The position numbers were made by a program, and so were the translations under genes. Under the pieces are notes generated by a model. The model worked only from the letters and a program-made list of their open reading frames with translations. It ran no database searches and was not told the origin of the DNA. Below are positions 36,785 through 51,132 of a stretch of DNA of 56,445 nt, in pieces. The stretch spans positions 1 through 56,445 of the forward strand of contig MEDY01000178.1 in assembly GCA_001724265.1 (NCBI GenBank). Direction: 5' to 3'. The stretch is from Rhizaria sp. SCN 62-66. Lineage: Eukaryota. Numbering within the stretch: the stretch's first letter is position 1; every line of letters begins with the position of its first letter.

Positions 36785-39700
36785 TCACGCCTGGTCAGCA
36801 ACACGACCACCCCGCGAGTCGGATCCCGAGCTCGTTTGGCCCGAATATCCCGCGCCAGAACCTGTCGAGCGACTCGAATTGGGGTTTGTCCCAGCAGCAG
36901 TCATCTCATTGCTACTTGTACTGTGACTTGCTGTCTGCCCACTGCTGGCGTGGTGACCGCCGCTGTGGGTACTATGACCGTGCCCATGACTCTGACTGTT
37001 GTTGCCACTACTGCCGCCAGAGCCGCTGCTGCTGCTGCTGTTGCCGCTGCTGCTGTTGCCGCTGCACACCGCCGCGACCGCTTGCATCAGCGGGCTCTTC
37101 TCGGCCTGCCTCAGCGCGTCGACCGAGGCCGCGATGACCTTCTGCAGCAGCGCCACACTCTTGCTCGCAGCCGCAACAACATTCGTGTCCGCGCTGGTGT
37201 TGGAGCCGTCGACATTAGTGCCGACATCGCCGTGGTTGCTCGTGTTGCTGGAGACGAGCGCAGTTGAGATATCGTCGACCATCTTCTTGATCTTATTCTC
37301 GATAATCCCCTTCAAAATCACCCTTTCCTTCTGCTGCAGTGTAATGAGCTTCGTGAGCCGCTTTCCTTCGCCCTCCTTGGCCGTGACCTCCTTGCCCAGC
37401 GCCACGAGCTGCAGCTCGAGCTGACGCCGAGCGTCCTTGGCCTTGCTGGCCTCGACCGCCACGCGCCGCAGCTCGTTGGCCGTGGCGTGGCGCTCGCGCT
37501 CGCTCACCTCGGCCGCCTTGGCCTGCGTCGCCAGCGCCAATTCTGCCTCCGCCTGCGCCTCGGTCGCCGCCGCCGCGCGCTCGTGCAGCGCGTGAAGCGC
37601 CGCGCGCGCTGCGGGGGTCAGGTCCGCGCTTGTCAGCCCGCCGCCGTTGCCGTTGCCGAATGCCGAGCCGTTAAGCGCGTCGAGGAGAACTGCGGAGGAG
37701 GACGACATAGACTCGGTGAAAAGATCCGCGCTGGACGAGCTCAAGATCGCGTCGTTGCCAGTGCCTGTGTTGGCGCCAGTGTTCGCGGCGCCAGTGCGCG
37801 GGCTCAGCAACAGCGAGGCAGAGCCGGACCGGCGGTGGCTGCCGCCCGGCGTCGCCGCAGTCCCCGCGGCGGCGCCGGCAGCGGCGCTGGCGTTCACGTT
37901 GACCGAGAGCCCTGTGTTGCTCGCGGTGTTGGACTGCGCGCGCGAGGGCGACGACGGGGGCAGGCGCGGCGTCAGCGCGCGGCCACTGGCGCTGCCGCTG
38001 CCGCTGCCGGCGCCGGCGTTGATGCCCAGAACACTCATCACGCCGACGCCGACGCTGCCGGAGAGCGCGTGCTCGCCCTCAGCAGCGTTCGCGTGCTGCC
38101 CGCTGTTGCTGCTGGCGTTGTTGCCGGAGGACAGCGTGGGCGTTGCGGTGCCGGACCGGTGCTTATATGTCTCGCGCTCCAGCTCCTTGACCCGCAGCGA
38201 CACCTTGTGGTACTTCTCGATCATCTTGACCATCTGCTCCTTGAAGGCGCGCTCGCGCTCGCGCAGCCGCGCCACCTCGCTGTCGGTCTTGCGCCGCGCG
38301 ATCTTGAGGTTCAGGATCGCGTTGTCGCGCTCCGCGAGCTCACGCTCCAGCGTGTTGCGCGCGGCCGTCAGCGAGGACACGGAGGTCGCGAGGCGGCGCT
38401 CGAGCTGACGCACACGGGCGGCGGACCCGGCGGCCGCTGCAGCCATCGCGATCGCGGCCTCGCTGGCGATGAAGCGGTCCACGCTGCTGCTGGTGACATT
38501 CGCGGACGATTCGTCCTTGCGAGAGCTGGAGTCCTTACGACGGCGATGAGGGCGATTACTGTTATTGCTAGCGCATTCATCCTTGTTGGAGGAGTCAGGA
38601 AGCATAACAGGCTCGGAATCGGACTCACAGTCGTCGTCGCCACCGTCACGCTCACTGCCGCCGTTATCATCATAGTCGTCATCGTCGTCATCGTCACTGG
38701 TATCGTCGCCGCCATGCCTGTCATCACCATCGTCGTCGTCGTCCTCGTCCTCCTCCTCTGCCTCGGGAATCGTCATCGACAACAGATTACGCGACACCGC
38801 CTTGGCCGCACTCTTCGCCGCCGCGCCGGCCGCAGCAGCGCCGGCTCCACTGGCGTCGCCGCCGGCGGCACCGCCACTGCCGCCCGAGCCTGCGCTCGCA
38901 CTGCCTGCGCCGGCGTTGGAGCCGCTGAGCGCGCCGGGCGACAGCAGCAGCGGGTCCGCGATCGGCAGGCCAGTGCCGGCGTCGATGATGCTGCCCAGCT
39001 CGGTCGCGAGGCTGCGCCGGCCGCGGCCCTTGGACTTTCCGCCCTTGCCCTTGGACCGACGGGCCTTGGACTCTGCGTCGTGGCCGTGGCCGACGCTGTT
39101 GCGCTCCTTGCGCCGCAGCCTGCGCTTGGCCTCGTTGAGCTGGACCGTTTCGATCACATCGCTTGCGGCCGCCTCCGCGTCGGCCAGGACGCCGGCCAGC
39201 TCGACCTTGAGCGCGGTCGCCTCGTCGCCCGCCGCCGATGCCTGGCGCGAACGGCGCAGCAGCAGCAGCAGGTAGTGGGACTGACGGCGGCGCGCGCGGT
39301 GTAAGTGCGCCAGCAGCGTGTGCGCGAGGTCGGGCGTCAGCGCTATGGGGGCAGGCGCGATCGTAGTCGCACTCGCTGCTGTGCTGGCGTTGCCGCGCGG
39401 TGAGAGCCCCACAGCGTTGTTAGTCGCGGTGCTGTGATGATCGCGAGGGGACGACTGAACGTTGCCAGACGAGGTGCTACTCGCATTTGCGCTGTTCTGC
39501 TTCGTCGCTGCGAGCGCGTCGAGAAGAATCGACTCGAGCGCGGCCGCAGCCTCGCCCTCCTCTTCTTCGGCCTCCTCGCACTCGAGCACGTCCTCGTCCA
39601 CGGCCAGCAGCGCCTCGGCGTCGGCGATCTCGTCCGCCGTCAGCGGCGGCGGGCGCGCGCTGAACGCCGCGGCGGGCGGCCTAGCCTCCGCCGACTTGGC

Positions 39701-40390
39701 CTGATGCTGCTGGTGCTGGAACTGCTGGCGCTGGTACTCGTAGTCCTCCAGCAGCTCCACGGCGCGCCGCAGCCGGTGGCGGCGCTGCTGCAGCAGCGTG
39801 CGCCGGTGCTGCAGCCGCGCGGCGCGGGAGCCGGGCGGGATGGGGGCCGAGCCGGCGGTCAGCCAGCTGACTGAGCTGTTGCTCCCGGCGCTCGCTGCGC
39901 TGTTCGTGTTGACGAGCTTGCCGGTGTTGTCTTGCGTCGTTGTGTTGCCCGCAGGAGTCGTGCCTTCGCTGGGGCTAGAGCTAGAACTAGAGCTAGAGCT
40001 GTTGTTGTCAGCGCTGTCGGCGTTGATGTCGTCGATGAGTCCCCACAAGCGCTCAGCAAACATGCTCTCACTGTCACTCACCCCATTAGAGCTAGAGCTT
40101 GATGAGTTGGAGCTCGAGCTACCCGAGCTGGCGGAGTTGTTGTTGAGAGTGCGCGTGGCGCGGATGTCGACGACGCGGTCCAGGTCCGACAGCGCGGGCA
40201 GCGGCCGCAGAGGCGGCAGCAGGGCCAGCGCCAGCGACACCGCGGTCGCTGTGTTGGCATTCCCGCTGCTGTTGTTGCTGTTGTTGGCCGCGGTGCTGGA
40301 GCTAGACTTGGAATCGCGGGGCGTGTTGGTGAGAGCGCTCTTCTCCCCTTGCTCCTTATTGTTCGCAGCGTTGCTACCAGCACTAGCACC

Positions 40391-40424
<34 letters not shown>

Positions 40425-43400
40425 GGAGCGTTAGCACCCGCGTTGCCAGAGGACTGAGGAGTCGGTGACGGCGGCGCGGGCGGCACAGACCCGTCGCTCA
40501 CAGCCTTCGCATCGGCAGAGCTGCTCGCTGCAGCATTCGCAGCCGCGCTGGTAGACCCAGAGCTCGCGCTCGCAGCGGTGCTGTTGGCGGCGGCGGCGGC
40601 GGCGGCGGCGGCCGAGGTGAGCTGCTGCGCCTGCGCGGTGAGCGCGGCGTCGATGCGCGCGCGCAGCTCCGTCTTGAAAGTCGCCTTGAGCCTCTGCACG
40701 GCCTCAACAAGCTGCGCCTTGTGTGCGCGCAGACGCCGCGCCTCGGTCACAGCCTGCTCGCGGTCGCTCTCGCTGCGGCGCGCCGTCTCGTCGGCCTCGA
40801 CCTTGCTCGCGCGCAGGAGAGAAAGCTCGTGCTGCAGCGCCGCCACGTCCGCCAGCAGCTCCTCGTTGTTCACGGTAGTGCTCGAGCTGGAGCTGGAACT
40901 GGCGCTGGCGGCGGCGCCGTCAACGGGAGTCTCGGCCGCAGCAGCACTGTTGTTCTGAGCGTGAACGCTCGCGCTGGCGTGTTTCGCGGCGGGCGTGCTC
41001 ACGGTCACCCAGGCGCGCTTGACCGCCGAGTCGGGCGACAACGGCGGCGGCGGCACCGCGGCGGCCGGCGTGGCGGCGTCGGGGCTTGCGCTGGGGTCTT
41101 GCGGGATTGTCAGCAGCGACGGCGCGCCCTTAGCCCGGACAGCCACTGGCGCAGACATAGTGCCGGGAGCAACTGTGATGCCAGTAGCTTTGCGCAGTTG
41201 CTCAGCCTCGGTGGGGTACTCGGATGGCTTCAGCTGCGCGAGCTCAACCGCGCGCACGTGCAATACAGTTTCCAGTTCTTCGTTTTTCTGTTGCGAAGTG
41301 GACAGATCTGACTGCAAGAGCGCAATGACCTTGTCTTTGTCCTTGAGGCGGGACGTCAGCTGCATCAACACATCGCGCTGCTTGCTCACGATCTCCTTGT
41401 AGCGGGCCAGCGTCGCCGCCAGGGCCTGGCAGTCATGCGTGTGGCCCTTGTTGCTGTCAGTGTTTTCACCGGCGCCGGCACTCGCGCCGGTCGCGGCAGC
41501 GCTGCTTGAGCTTGCGTCAGCGGACTTTGCACCGGCGCTCTGACTGCCGGCGGCAGAGGGACTCACCCCGTCGCCGCGGCCGGCTCCACTGGCGATCGAG
41601 CTCGACCCGCCGCCGGCGTTGTTGCCGCGGCCGCCCTGGAGCATGCGCCCCTGCATGAGCGAGATGCGGCGCTCGAGGCGCGCCTTGTCCTCCCTCTCCT
41701 GGCGCAGCTCGTTGCTCACCAGCTGCATGTCCTGCAGCACTGCGTTCTTGTCGTCCTCGGCGCGGCGACGCATATCCTCCAGCTCGAACAGCCGCCGCTT
41801 GACGTCCACCGAGGTCTCTTTCTCCTGCAGCTCCGCGCGCAAGACGCGCAGCTCGGCCACGTAACGGCGGATCAGCGCAGTCTGGTCGAAGTCCTCGTTC
41901 ACCAGCGCCTTGTTGCGAATCTTCTTCGCGCGCGAGGCGAATTTGACCGTCGACAACGACTCCGCAAACGACGAGCGGATGGGGCTGATGGTGGCCAACA
42001 TCGTCGTCTTGCAATTGCCGCCCAGAGAATCTTCGAGGATGCGCGTGAGCTTCGAGTCACGATACGGCACGTGCGACCGCTTGTGCTTGTCCGTCAGCGC
42101 CGCGATGACATTACCGAGCGCGGACAGCGACTGGTTGATCTTCTTGGACTCCTCAAGCCGGATGCCGACGGCGCCGGTGACGGACACGCGCTCAGAGCCA
42201 GCCAAGTCGACGAGGTTGAGCTTGCCGATCTTAAACACACTACCGCTACCGCTGCCGCCGCCGCTAGGGCCAGCGCCGGCGCTGCCGCCGAGGCCGGGGG
42301 TGCCAGAGCGCCTAAGCGCGCTGGCGTTGGCGTTGACGGAGCCGGTGCTAGCGTTAAAGTCGCCGCTGTCGCCGCTGTCAAAGCCGCCGGCGCCGGCGCC
42401 GGTCGTGGAATACTTCTGCTCGATGACGAGGAGGAAGACGGCGTGCGAGCGGGAAGACATTTCGTTCATCTTGGTGGAGCCCGTGGTGCGCATGACTGCG
42501 CCGCGGCGGATGAGCTTGAGCACTTCGGAGCGCGAGCGGACCATCCACTCAGACAGCCCGTCGACGTAGATGCCGCGCTTCTTGTCCTCGCGGATCTGCA
42601 GGTTGGTGCGCTCGGGGGCGAGAAGGTCCGAGATGGACTCGTTGTAGATCTGCAGGTACGAGGCGCGGACGAGGAAGTTGGTGCCCTGCGCGGACTGGTA
42701 GGAGATGTAGTCAAAGATGTCGGTCACTGCGCGGGGGATGATGCCGCCCTGTTGTTGCATTTGAACAAACAAACGCGAGAGCCAACAAAAATGATTCAGA
42801 AAAAGGAAAAGAGATTGATGTGAGATCTAGACACACTTGTGTCATTATTCAACTGCAACACAAAATATACTGAACATGTTTGAACCATATGCATCATCAT
42901 CATCAAAGTTAAACTATCTGTTATTGGCACGTACCTGGTCCTGCGTGTCGACGCCCTCCATGGTGAAGGTCTTGCCGGTGCCGGTTTGCCCGTAGGCAAA
43001 CACGGTCGCGTTGTAGCCCTGCAGTGTCGACAGCACGAGCTCGCGCGCAGTGTGCGCGTAGACGGTGTCCTGCCGACTGTCTTCGCTGTACACGTGGTCG
43101 AACGTGAACCGATGCACGGGGTAGACCTAAAGAGTGAGATCAAAAAAGAATACAAGTAAAGATATACGTGAGTATTTCATTAAAAAAATAAGATATCATA
43201 TGTAAAGTAATGTTTCTCATAAAATAAAAAGACTTGTAATAGACAGTGTTCACATAAGCAAGATATCTCAGCATTTCCAGTGAGATGTACGTCGCACGGA
43301 CCTGGTTGCTGAGGTTAGTGTAGTCCCTCTCAGCGCCCGCCGCGCCGTCGCCGCCGCCGCCCGCGCCCGCGCCGCCGTCGGCGTGCAGCGGGAAGCGTTC

Positions 43401-44825
43401 GCAGATCTCGACCTCGGTGTCCGAGAGCACGCGCACCGTGGCCCGAGTGTTGGGGCCGTGGGTCAGCTCCGACATCAGCGGGGGGCGCACGCGCACGCAG
43501 ACCTTGAAGTTGCTACCGCTGCCGCTGCCGCTGATGGCCGCGGCGGCCGCAGCGAGGGGGTTTGTGTTGAAGGGTGCGAGCGCGTTCGGGTAGTCGACAC
43601 TGATGTTGCTGTACATACTCCCGCCGCCGCCGGCAGAGGAGGCGTTGGCGCCGCTGCCGGGGACGTAAGCGGGCACGGGGGTGTTGGAGCCGCTTAGATT
43701 CACACCGTTGTAGGCCCCGCCGGCGCCATAGTAGCTGTTGTAGCTGGCGCCGTTCCCACCAACAAAACCATAGTTGTTGTTGGTATTGTTGTTGTTGTTG
43801 TTGTTGCTCCCAGGACCGCTCCGTGTGGGCGACTGCAGAGGGTTGTTGTTGTAAGGGATACTCGCATTGTTCCCGGCGTTGTAAGGGTTGTACATGTGTG
43901 ACGTCGACAGCGCGGGCGTCGGCGGAGGGTAGTAGTACTGCTGGTCGCCAACGCTGACACTTACACTCGGGGCACTTACATTCTGGGGGACAATGAGACC
44001 GCCGGGGGCAGGAGTGCCTACATTGTTGTTCCCAGTACTGCCGGAGGACGGGTAAGGGGGGTCCAGCGGGCTGTAAGTGGGCGACGGCTGCGGCATCTGC
44101 ACGTGTAAGTAGGCGCCCGCAACGTAAGTACCCTGCTGCTGAGGAGGCTGTTGAGGGGCGGACGGTGGAGAGAACGTATATGGCGTCTGCTGCTGCTGTT
44201 GCTGCCCCTGTTGTCCCTGAGCATAGTAGCCGTTGCCGTTGCCGCTGCTGTTAGAAGGGTTGGTCGAAGTGCCCGCGACAGGGGTGAAACGGCCCCACGA
44301 CACATATGAACCACCGCCGGCGCCGGCGCCGTTCAACCCGGTGCCACCACTAGGGCCGGCGCCGGCGCCTGCGCCAGAGCCTGAGCCGACGCTCGGGGTC
44401 GCGAGGTTGATGTGCGTGTTGTAGCTCCCGTTGTAGTTGTTTTGGTGGTGAAACGGCGTGGGCGATGGCTGAGGATACGCATACTGCTGTTGCTGCTGTT
44501 GCTGCGGATACTGCTGTTGCTGCTGCCTGTTGTTGTTGCTGTGCGCGTTGTGCGCGCTCGTGTTAGGGTTGTCAATCGAGGTCGAGAGGTCACTGTCCGA
44601 GACGTCGCCGACGTTGAGCAGCGGCAGCGGCAGCGGAGTCAGGTTGCCGCCATCCGCGTTGCTGGCCGCATTGATGTTGTTGCTGCTGTAGTTGCTATTG
44701 TTGTGGTTGTTTTGCATGGCCATCATTTCGTTACCACCGAGGCTGACGCCGCGGGTACTTAGACTGGTAGGACGCACTAAGGGGGACGGGGGCAGCGACC
44801 GGACACCACTGCCGTTGCCATCGAT

Positions 44826-44882
<57 letters not shown>

Positions 44883-46244
44883 AGCAGCAGGGACAGGAGC
44901 AGCAGGAGCGCTGCTGTAGGTGTGGCTGCCGCTACTGCTACTGGCTGCCTTGTTGGTCTGCGGCGTGGGCGGGCACGACATAAACGCCTGCGGCTGCTGC
45001 TGCTGCTGCTGGTGCTGCTGCTGCTGCTGTTGAGCGTAGCCGCTGTGGCCCGCACCTGCGTTCGCAGCAGGCATCGAGCGGCGGCCCGGGGTCGACGGGC
45101 GCGAGGTACTTAGACCGAGGGCACTTACATTCCCGCCCGCTTGAGCAGGAGAGGCACCGGCAGCGGAAGCAGGAGCGGGAGCGCCGAGGCTGGCGCGGCC
45201 GGTCCCCCCGGGAGTCGGCCGCCCCTGCTGCGTCTGCGCCTGCGCCTGCTGATAGTAAGGCTGCTGCTGCTGTTGCAGTTGTTGCTGTGACAACGTGTAT
45301 TGCTGCGAATGGGTGGGGCCGTCGACGCTCTGGCGCCGCGGAGGTAAGTACCCCTTAGAGTCGCCAGACTGACCCTGAGGCGCCGGGGGGCCCTGCTGGC
45401 TCCCTGCTGGCCGCACATTTGCACCGCTGCTGTTGTTGTTGTTATTGTTGTTGTTGTTGCTATTACCGCTGGTGCTGGTGCTGGCAGAAGTCGTGACCAT
45501 GAGCGCGCGCGGCGGCGGCAGCCCTCCTCCAGTCGGGTGACCGTAGGCAGCGGAGTGACCGTGGGCAGCGGAGTGACCGTGAGCAGGGCCGTGTGCGCTG
45601 CCGACGGGGGCGCGCGGCGAGGGGTCCGAGTTGGGTGGTACGTACAGCGTCTCGTCGTCGGTGAAGGATAACAAGAACGCCGCCGAGGACTGCAGTGGGT
45701 TGAACGACGGGCCGATGGCGCCGCTCGCGGGTGCAGTGGCGCCGTTGCTCGGCGCAATAGTACTGCTCGGGGGCGCGTTGGGGTTCGCGTTGTTGCTGGT
45801 GTTGTTGTTGTTGTTGTAGGGCTGAGTGCGTGGCCCGCTTGGTGAGGGGTAAGCGTGGGGCTGCAGCGCCGAGGCCGACCGGGGCCGCGGGGCCTGCGGG
45901 GAGAAAACCGCAGCGCCGCCGCCGCCGGCACCGGGACTGGCGGGCACGGGACTCCCGGACGCGGTCGGGCTCGCGCTGACAGGGTTCCCAGCGGCGTTGC
46001 CATACGCGTTGCCAGTGCCGTTTGTGTTGCTGGTGTTGTAGGGTGGCGAAGGGGCGGCGCCGGGGCTCATAACGCCGGAAGTGCTGTGATAAGGGGTAAG
46101 GCGGGCAAACGCGCGCACGGGCTGTTGCCCCTTAGGTCCCCCAGCTCCTTGAGCCGCTGACGCGGGGCCAACAACGCCCGCGGTGGCGTTGGGGCTCGAG
46201 CCTGGGGGGGCTTGGGGGGAGCCCCAGGGCTCGCGGCCGCTCAT
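36785..46244 (-). CDS. Very large kinesin (~3032 aa, 3 exons) with an internal motor domain
   Basis: Exons 46244-43302, 43126-42935, 42748-36785, all phase 0. Motifs: [73 protein letters not shown]. Coiled coils lie downstream. Stop TGA. Confidence 0.9.
44829..44880 (-). repeat. (GCT)n trinucleotide tract encoding poly-Ala
   Basis: Near-perfect (AGC)n run on the + strand, translated as [16 protein letters not shown] in kinesin exon 1. Confidence 0.85.
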
Positions 46245-46878
46245 TTACTACTGTAAAACGAGTATGCACGCGCGTAAACTACGCTTAACGGACTCGCCTT
46301 AACTTAAACGGGGTAAAAGTTATTACAATGCGCTTCTGTGAAGAAACAGAACGCGATAAAAGAAGTCTGAAGCGAGTGCTGGAAGGCGAGACAAACGAAG
46401 CAGATATAGCATTAGTATAAAGTTCGTTCGAGATAACAAATAGTGAAAAGACGTTAGATTGTGCGCTCAGTTCATGAATCGTCGGGCATTGCTATCGTGC
46501 GTAGGACAGACGTGTAATTTGATTTCCTCAAAACCTACTGTTATCTTGACGTCTTGGGGCTCGTGGCGGTTGGTAGAATGTAACTTCTTGCTTTCTTCGC
46601 AAAACTCCCGCAAAATGCAGCAGAACACGCGTGTATAAGCATAAATGGGTGAAATTAATCGGTTTATGGTTTATTCAACTGGGTTTTATTTGTATTGATA
46701 ATGTAAATATGCGTCTGACCTGATATAAGTAGAATATTCTTACAAAGCTATAATAGTACGTCGCAGTGAGAGTGCTCTGCTTTACAGTGGCATCCGACAC
46801 AGCAACAGCAGCAAGATCACCTCGTAATGGCCCGAACCCTCAACGATAGATAATCGTTATCAGTGGCGAGTGTACGGT

Positions 46879-49800
46879 TCAACCGCGGCGCTTGCCGGCC
46901 ACAGCGGCTTTCTTGCCAGCAGCGGCAGCCTTGGCCTTGCCACTTGACTTGGCCTCAGCCTCAGCATCGTAGTCGGCGTCGGCATCAGAATCGGAGTCGA
47001 GGCTGCCCATGCTGCGGCTGTTGTACACGCTGGCGGCGACGGCGGCGCCCTTGCCGCCCTTGGCGGCGGACGCGGTCTGACTTTTCGCCGGCGAGGCGGC
47101 CTGCTTAACGGGAGTGCGCACGATAACGGGGATGGCGGAGGCGTTGGACTTGGTGCCGCGGCGCGTCTTGAGGGGCGAGATGATCATAGCCTCGCCCTCC
47201 TCCTCGACCTGCTCCACCTCGCTCGCATCATCGTCATCGTCATCCTCGTCATCGTCGTCGTCAGTGTTGTCCTCCTCCTCAGACTCTGAGTCGCTGACGG
47301 CGGCACGCTTAGAGCCCTTGCCCTTAGCCGCAGCAACAGCAGCAGCAGCGCCCTTAGCGGGCGTGCCCTTAGCGGGCGTGCCCTTAGACTTCGCGCTGGT
47401 GGTCGTGGCTGTGAAAAGCGCAGAGAGCTCATCGTCCAGCACAGACGGCTCGTCACTGGGGCCCTCAAAGCCACTGTTGTAGCGGCCAGAACGGGTGGAG
47501 GTACCTGCGACGGACGCGGTCATGTGGGAAATGACGGCGGCAGCGCGCTGCTTGTCCTCTTCTTCGTCGTCATCAACATCATCGTCGTCATCGTCGTCGT
47601 TCTCAGCAGAGTCGTCGGAGTCGTTCATCATAGTTAAGCCGCCCTCATCATCATCATCATCAGCCTCGTCGGCGTCGTCCTCATCCTCGTCCCCGTCGTC
47701 GTCTGAGCCGGCACCGGCGGCGGCGGCAATGGCGCGCGCCATCTCACTCTCGCTGTCGCTCGCCTCCTCATCCTCGTCCTCGTCGTCAGCGTCCTCGTCC
47801 GCGTCCTCCTCGTCCTCGGACTCGGACTCGGACTGGGGGGGCTTGGCCTGAGGGGTGCGCTTGGCCTTGGCGTCCTTGCCGATGAGACCGGCCTGTGGAA
47901 AAACAACAAAAAGCAAGGTGAAATAAACATTGTTAGAAACATCGCTTTACGGATAGTTGCGAGTAAAAAAAACGATACGGTGAAAACAAGCGCCGTTATC
48001 ATAATAGAACATATCGCGGAGATATATCTAAATTTGTAAGGAATCTTGATACGTACATCAGCGCGGTCACCGACAGTGTCCTCGTAAACGTTGGCTCCAG
48101 CATCAGCGCCGTCGTCCTCAGCCTCCTGGCCATCGTCGTCGTCACTGTTGGCAGCGGCGGCGTCGTCGTCGTTTCCATCGTCGTAGGTGCCGCCGACGAC
48201 GTTATCACCGAGATCGTCGACGACAAACCACGCCGACATGGCATCCAGGTCCACCCCGTCGGTCTGCCCGTCGCCGTGACCGTCGCCAGCAACAGCGCCA
48301 GTGAGCCCACCCTCGCCGTTGATGGCGGCCGCAGACTCGGCCGAGAGCGTGAACAGGTCGTGGATCTTCTCCACGCGGTGGCCGCCACTGCCCGCGTCCG
48401 CGTCGGCGTCGGCGTCGGCGTCGTCGGTCGCGGTCGAGAGGCCCGCGAGCTTGAGCATCCTGTCCTCCTCAGAGTCGCCCTTTTGCTGCGTAGTGGCGCT
48501 GGCGTCGCGCGCGGCGCCGGTGGCGGCGGCGGCAAGGTGGGAGAGGGCTGCCGCGCGAGTCTTGACGGCCGCAGCCAGCGCGGCGGGGCCCTCGGTCTCG
48601 ATGCGGCTCACCAGGACCGCCAGGGACCTGTGATGTGGATATGATGCAATGATAGAGAGCAAAGATGACGACGTGAGCAAACAATAACAGTTAGAACAAT
48701 AAGAAAAACAACATGGATATCTGATTGAAATAATGTTAAATCAAATGTCATCAAATATCTCGAGATATATGCGATCTGTTTACTCCGTACCTGGTGCTCA
48801 CGGTCAGGGGCAGGGCGGCCAGCAGAGGGCCGACGGCCTCCGCCGCGGCCGCCGCGGTCGCAGCAGCCGTGCCGGCCTTGGTCACGGCGGCCTCGGCAGC
48901 CGCAGCGGCGGCCGTGGCCGCGGTCACTGCCGCGGCGGGCGCGGCGGCGGGCAGCAGCAGCGAGGCGAAGGTGCTGAACCGGGCGCGCGTGATCGCGGCG
49001 GCGGCGACGGACTCGGCCGTCACGGGGGCCACGGAGGCCGCAGCGGCGCTGCCGCGGCTGGCGCGAGCCGCGGCCGTCGCCGTCGCCGTCAGCGCCTTGG
49101 CGATCGCGGTCGCGGCCAGGGGGGAGACCTACAGAGGGAGCGGTAGTCGAACAAAAATAGTAAAGATTGATACAATGAGGAGATGTACAAAACAAAATAT
49201 GATATGCGTATGTAATAGGACACACAAAACGAAAGGTGGTGCTATTTCATGTGTCAGAGTGCATATACAGTCATAAATTTTCAGTTTCGTGATTCGACTG
49301 ACCTGGAGGAGCAGGGGCCGCGCCATGATGAGCGTGGCCGGCAGCGGCAGCGGCGACGCCCGCGCCGCCAGCGTCCGCAGCACGCTGCCCAGCGTTGCCA
49401 GCGCGACCTTGACGCCCACCACGCCAGAGCCAGCGCTAGACGCAGCGACAGCACTCGAGGCGGCGGCAGTATTGTGCTTGGCGGAGTTGATAGCGGGGGG
49501 CGCGAGGGATGACAGCGAGTCAAACCAGCGCAACACCCTGGCGGCGCGCAGCGCGGCCGTGGCGCTAGCGGTCACGGCGACGCCCGCGGCGGCCGCGGCC
49601 GCGGCGGAGGCGGCGGCCGCGGCGACCGAGGCCGTGGCGCGGTTCAGAGGCCCCGTGGCCAGCAGCGCGGCGAGCACCGGGGGCGCGCGCAACAGCAGCG
49701 CCAGGGACGACTGCGTCAGCGCCACCACCGCGGTCGCGCCGTCGTCGCTGCTGCTGCTCGCCAGCCGCGTCGTGTTGCCGTTGGAGCCAGAAGTGACCGT

Positions 49801-51132
49801 GAGCCGGGCCGTGAGCGCCTCAGTGAGGTCGAGCGCGTGGACCGCCAGCGCGGCCGCGGCTCCGGCGCCGGCGCCCAGCACGTTGCGCGGGGAGAGGACC
49901 GTGGAGCCCGCGTCGCCGGCCGCGGGGGCGGCACGGGAGCCCGCAGCCGAAGCGGACGCGGCCGAGGGCGGAAGCGGGGTGACGCGGCCTAACATACTGG
50001 CGGCGAAGGCCAGGAAGGGCGTCACGGAGACCGAGGGCGGGAACAGCGGGTACGACGCGTCGGCCACACTCGTCGTCTTATTGCTCCCGCTGACGGTTTG
50101 GGCGGTGTTTGTGTAGGAGGTGAGGAGCGCGTCAGCGGCGACGGGCTTGTAACCCGCCGGCAGCGGCGACAGCGGCATCACAGAGAGCATCGACAGCAGC
50201 AGCGCGACGAGGGCCTTGGTGAAGGCGCGACGCACGCGCGGCGACCCCGCGCTCAGGCTGTTGGAGATACTCACACCGCCATTCGATGTGAGGGCGTCGG
50301 CCGAGGTGGTGACGGCGCGCACGTACAGAGTGACGGCGTTGGAAATGTACGCTGCCACGCCCGCCGCAGTCACCACAGGCTTGCTGCTGGTGTCATGACT
50401 GGTGTTGAGTGTCGCCGTGACGAAGGTGGCGACCGCGTGCATTTGCGAGATGAGGCCTGCGACGGCGGCGACGTCGGCGCGCAGGGCCGTCTTGACGGGC
50501 GCCAGAGACAGCGCGGCCAGTTGGTCGCTGAGCGCCGTGTACGCCGGCGACGGGGCCGCGCCGAGCAGCAGCGCGGCTGCCGCGCGGGCGGAGAGCGCCG
50601 CCGCGGCAGCATTCGCACTGCTCTCACTCTCACTCGCACTCGTGCTAGAGGCAGTGACGGCGGAGTAGAGGGCTGCGGAGGCGGACAGGGGCGCGCCGGG
50701 GGTCTGCGCAAGCAAAAGCAGCGCCCGCAGAGACTCGGTGCTGCCGGCACTGCTCGACGTGGCGGTAGGGGTGGCGGCGGCGGAAGTGGCTGAGACGGCA
50801 ATGTCGATGGCAGAGGGAGAGAAAAGCGCGGCGGACAGCGACGGGTAGCCAGTGGCCGAGGCCGTGGCTAGAGCCTCAGCGGCGGAGGCGCCGGCGTCCG
50901 AGGCAGCGGCAGCGGTGGTAGATGAAGAGGAAGAGAAGAGACGCCAGAGGGTGTCGGTGTGCTTGTCGAGCGAAGCCAGGAGCACAGCGCGGAGCTTCTC
51001 GTGGCTGACCTCTGTGAAGACCACATGCAACTGTGCGCGGAGAACCGCGTGGGAGGAGCGCAAGTGAGACGCAGTGCTGAGCTCGAGAGCCAGCGACTGC
51101 ACAAACTTGCTTGCCAGGGCCTCGAGGGACAT
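46879..51132 (-). CDS. Ala-rich helical protein with an acidic/basic low-complexity C-terminus (~1250 aa, 4 exons); unknown function, possibly nuclear or nucleolar
   Basis: Exons 51132-49303, 49128-48791, 48627-48057, 47892-46879 with phase-consistent GTCAGT, GTACGG and GTACGT donors. Asp/Glu tracts and a terminal KKAAVAGKRRG. Stop TGA. Confidence 0.75.
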
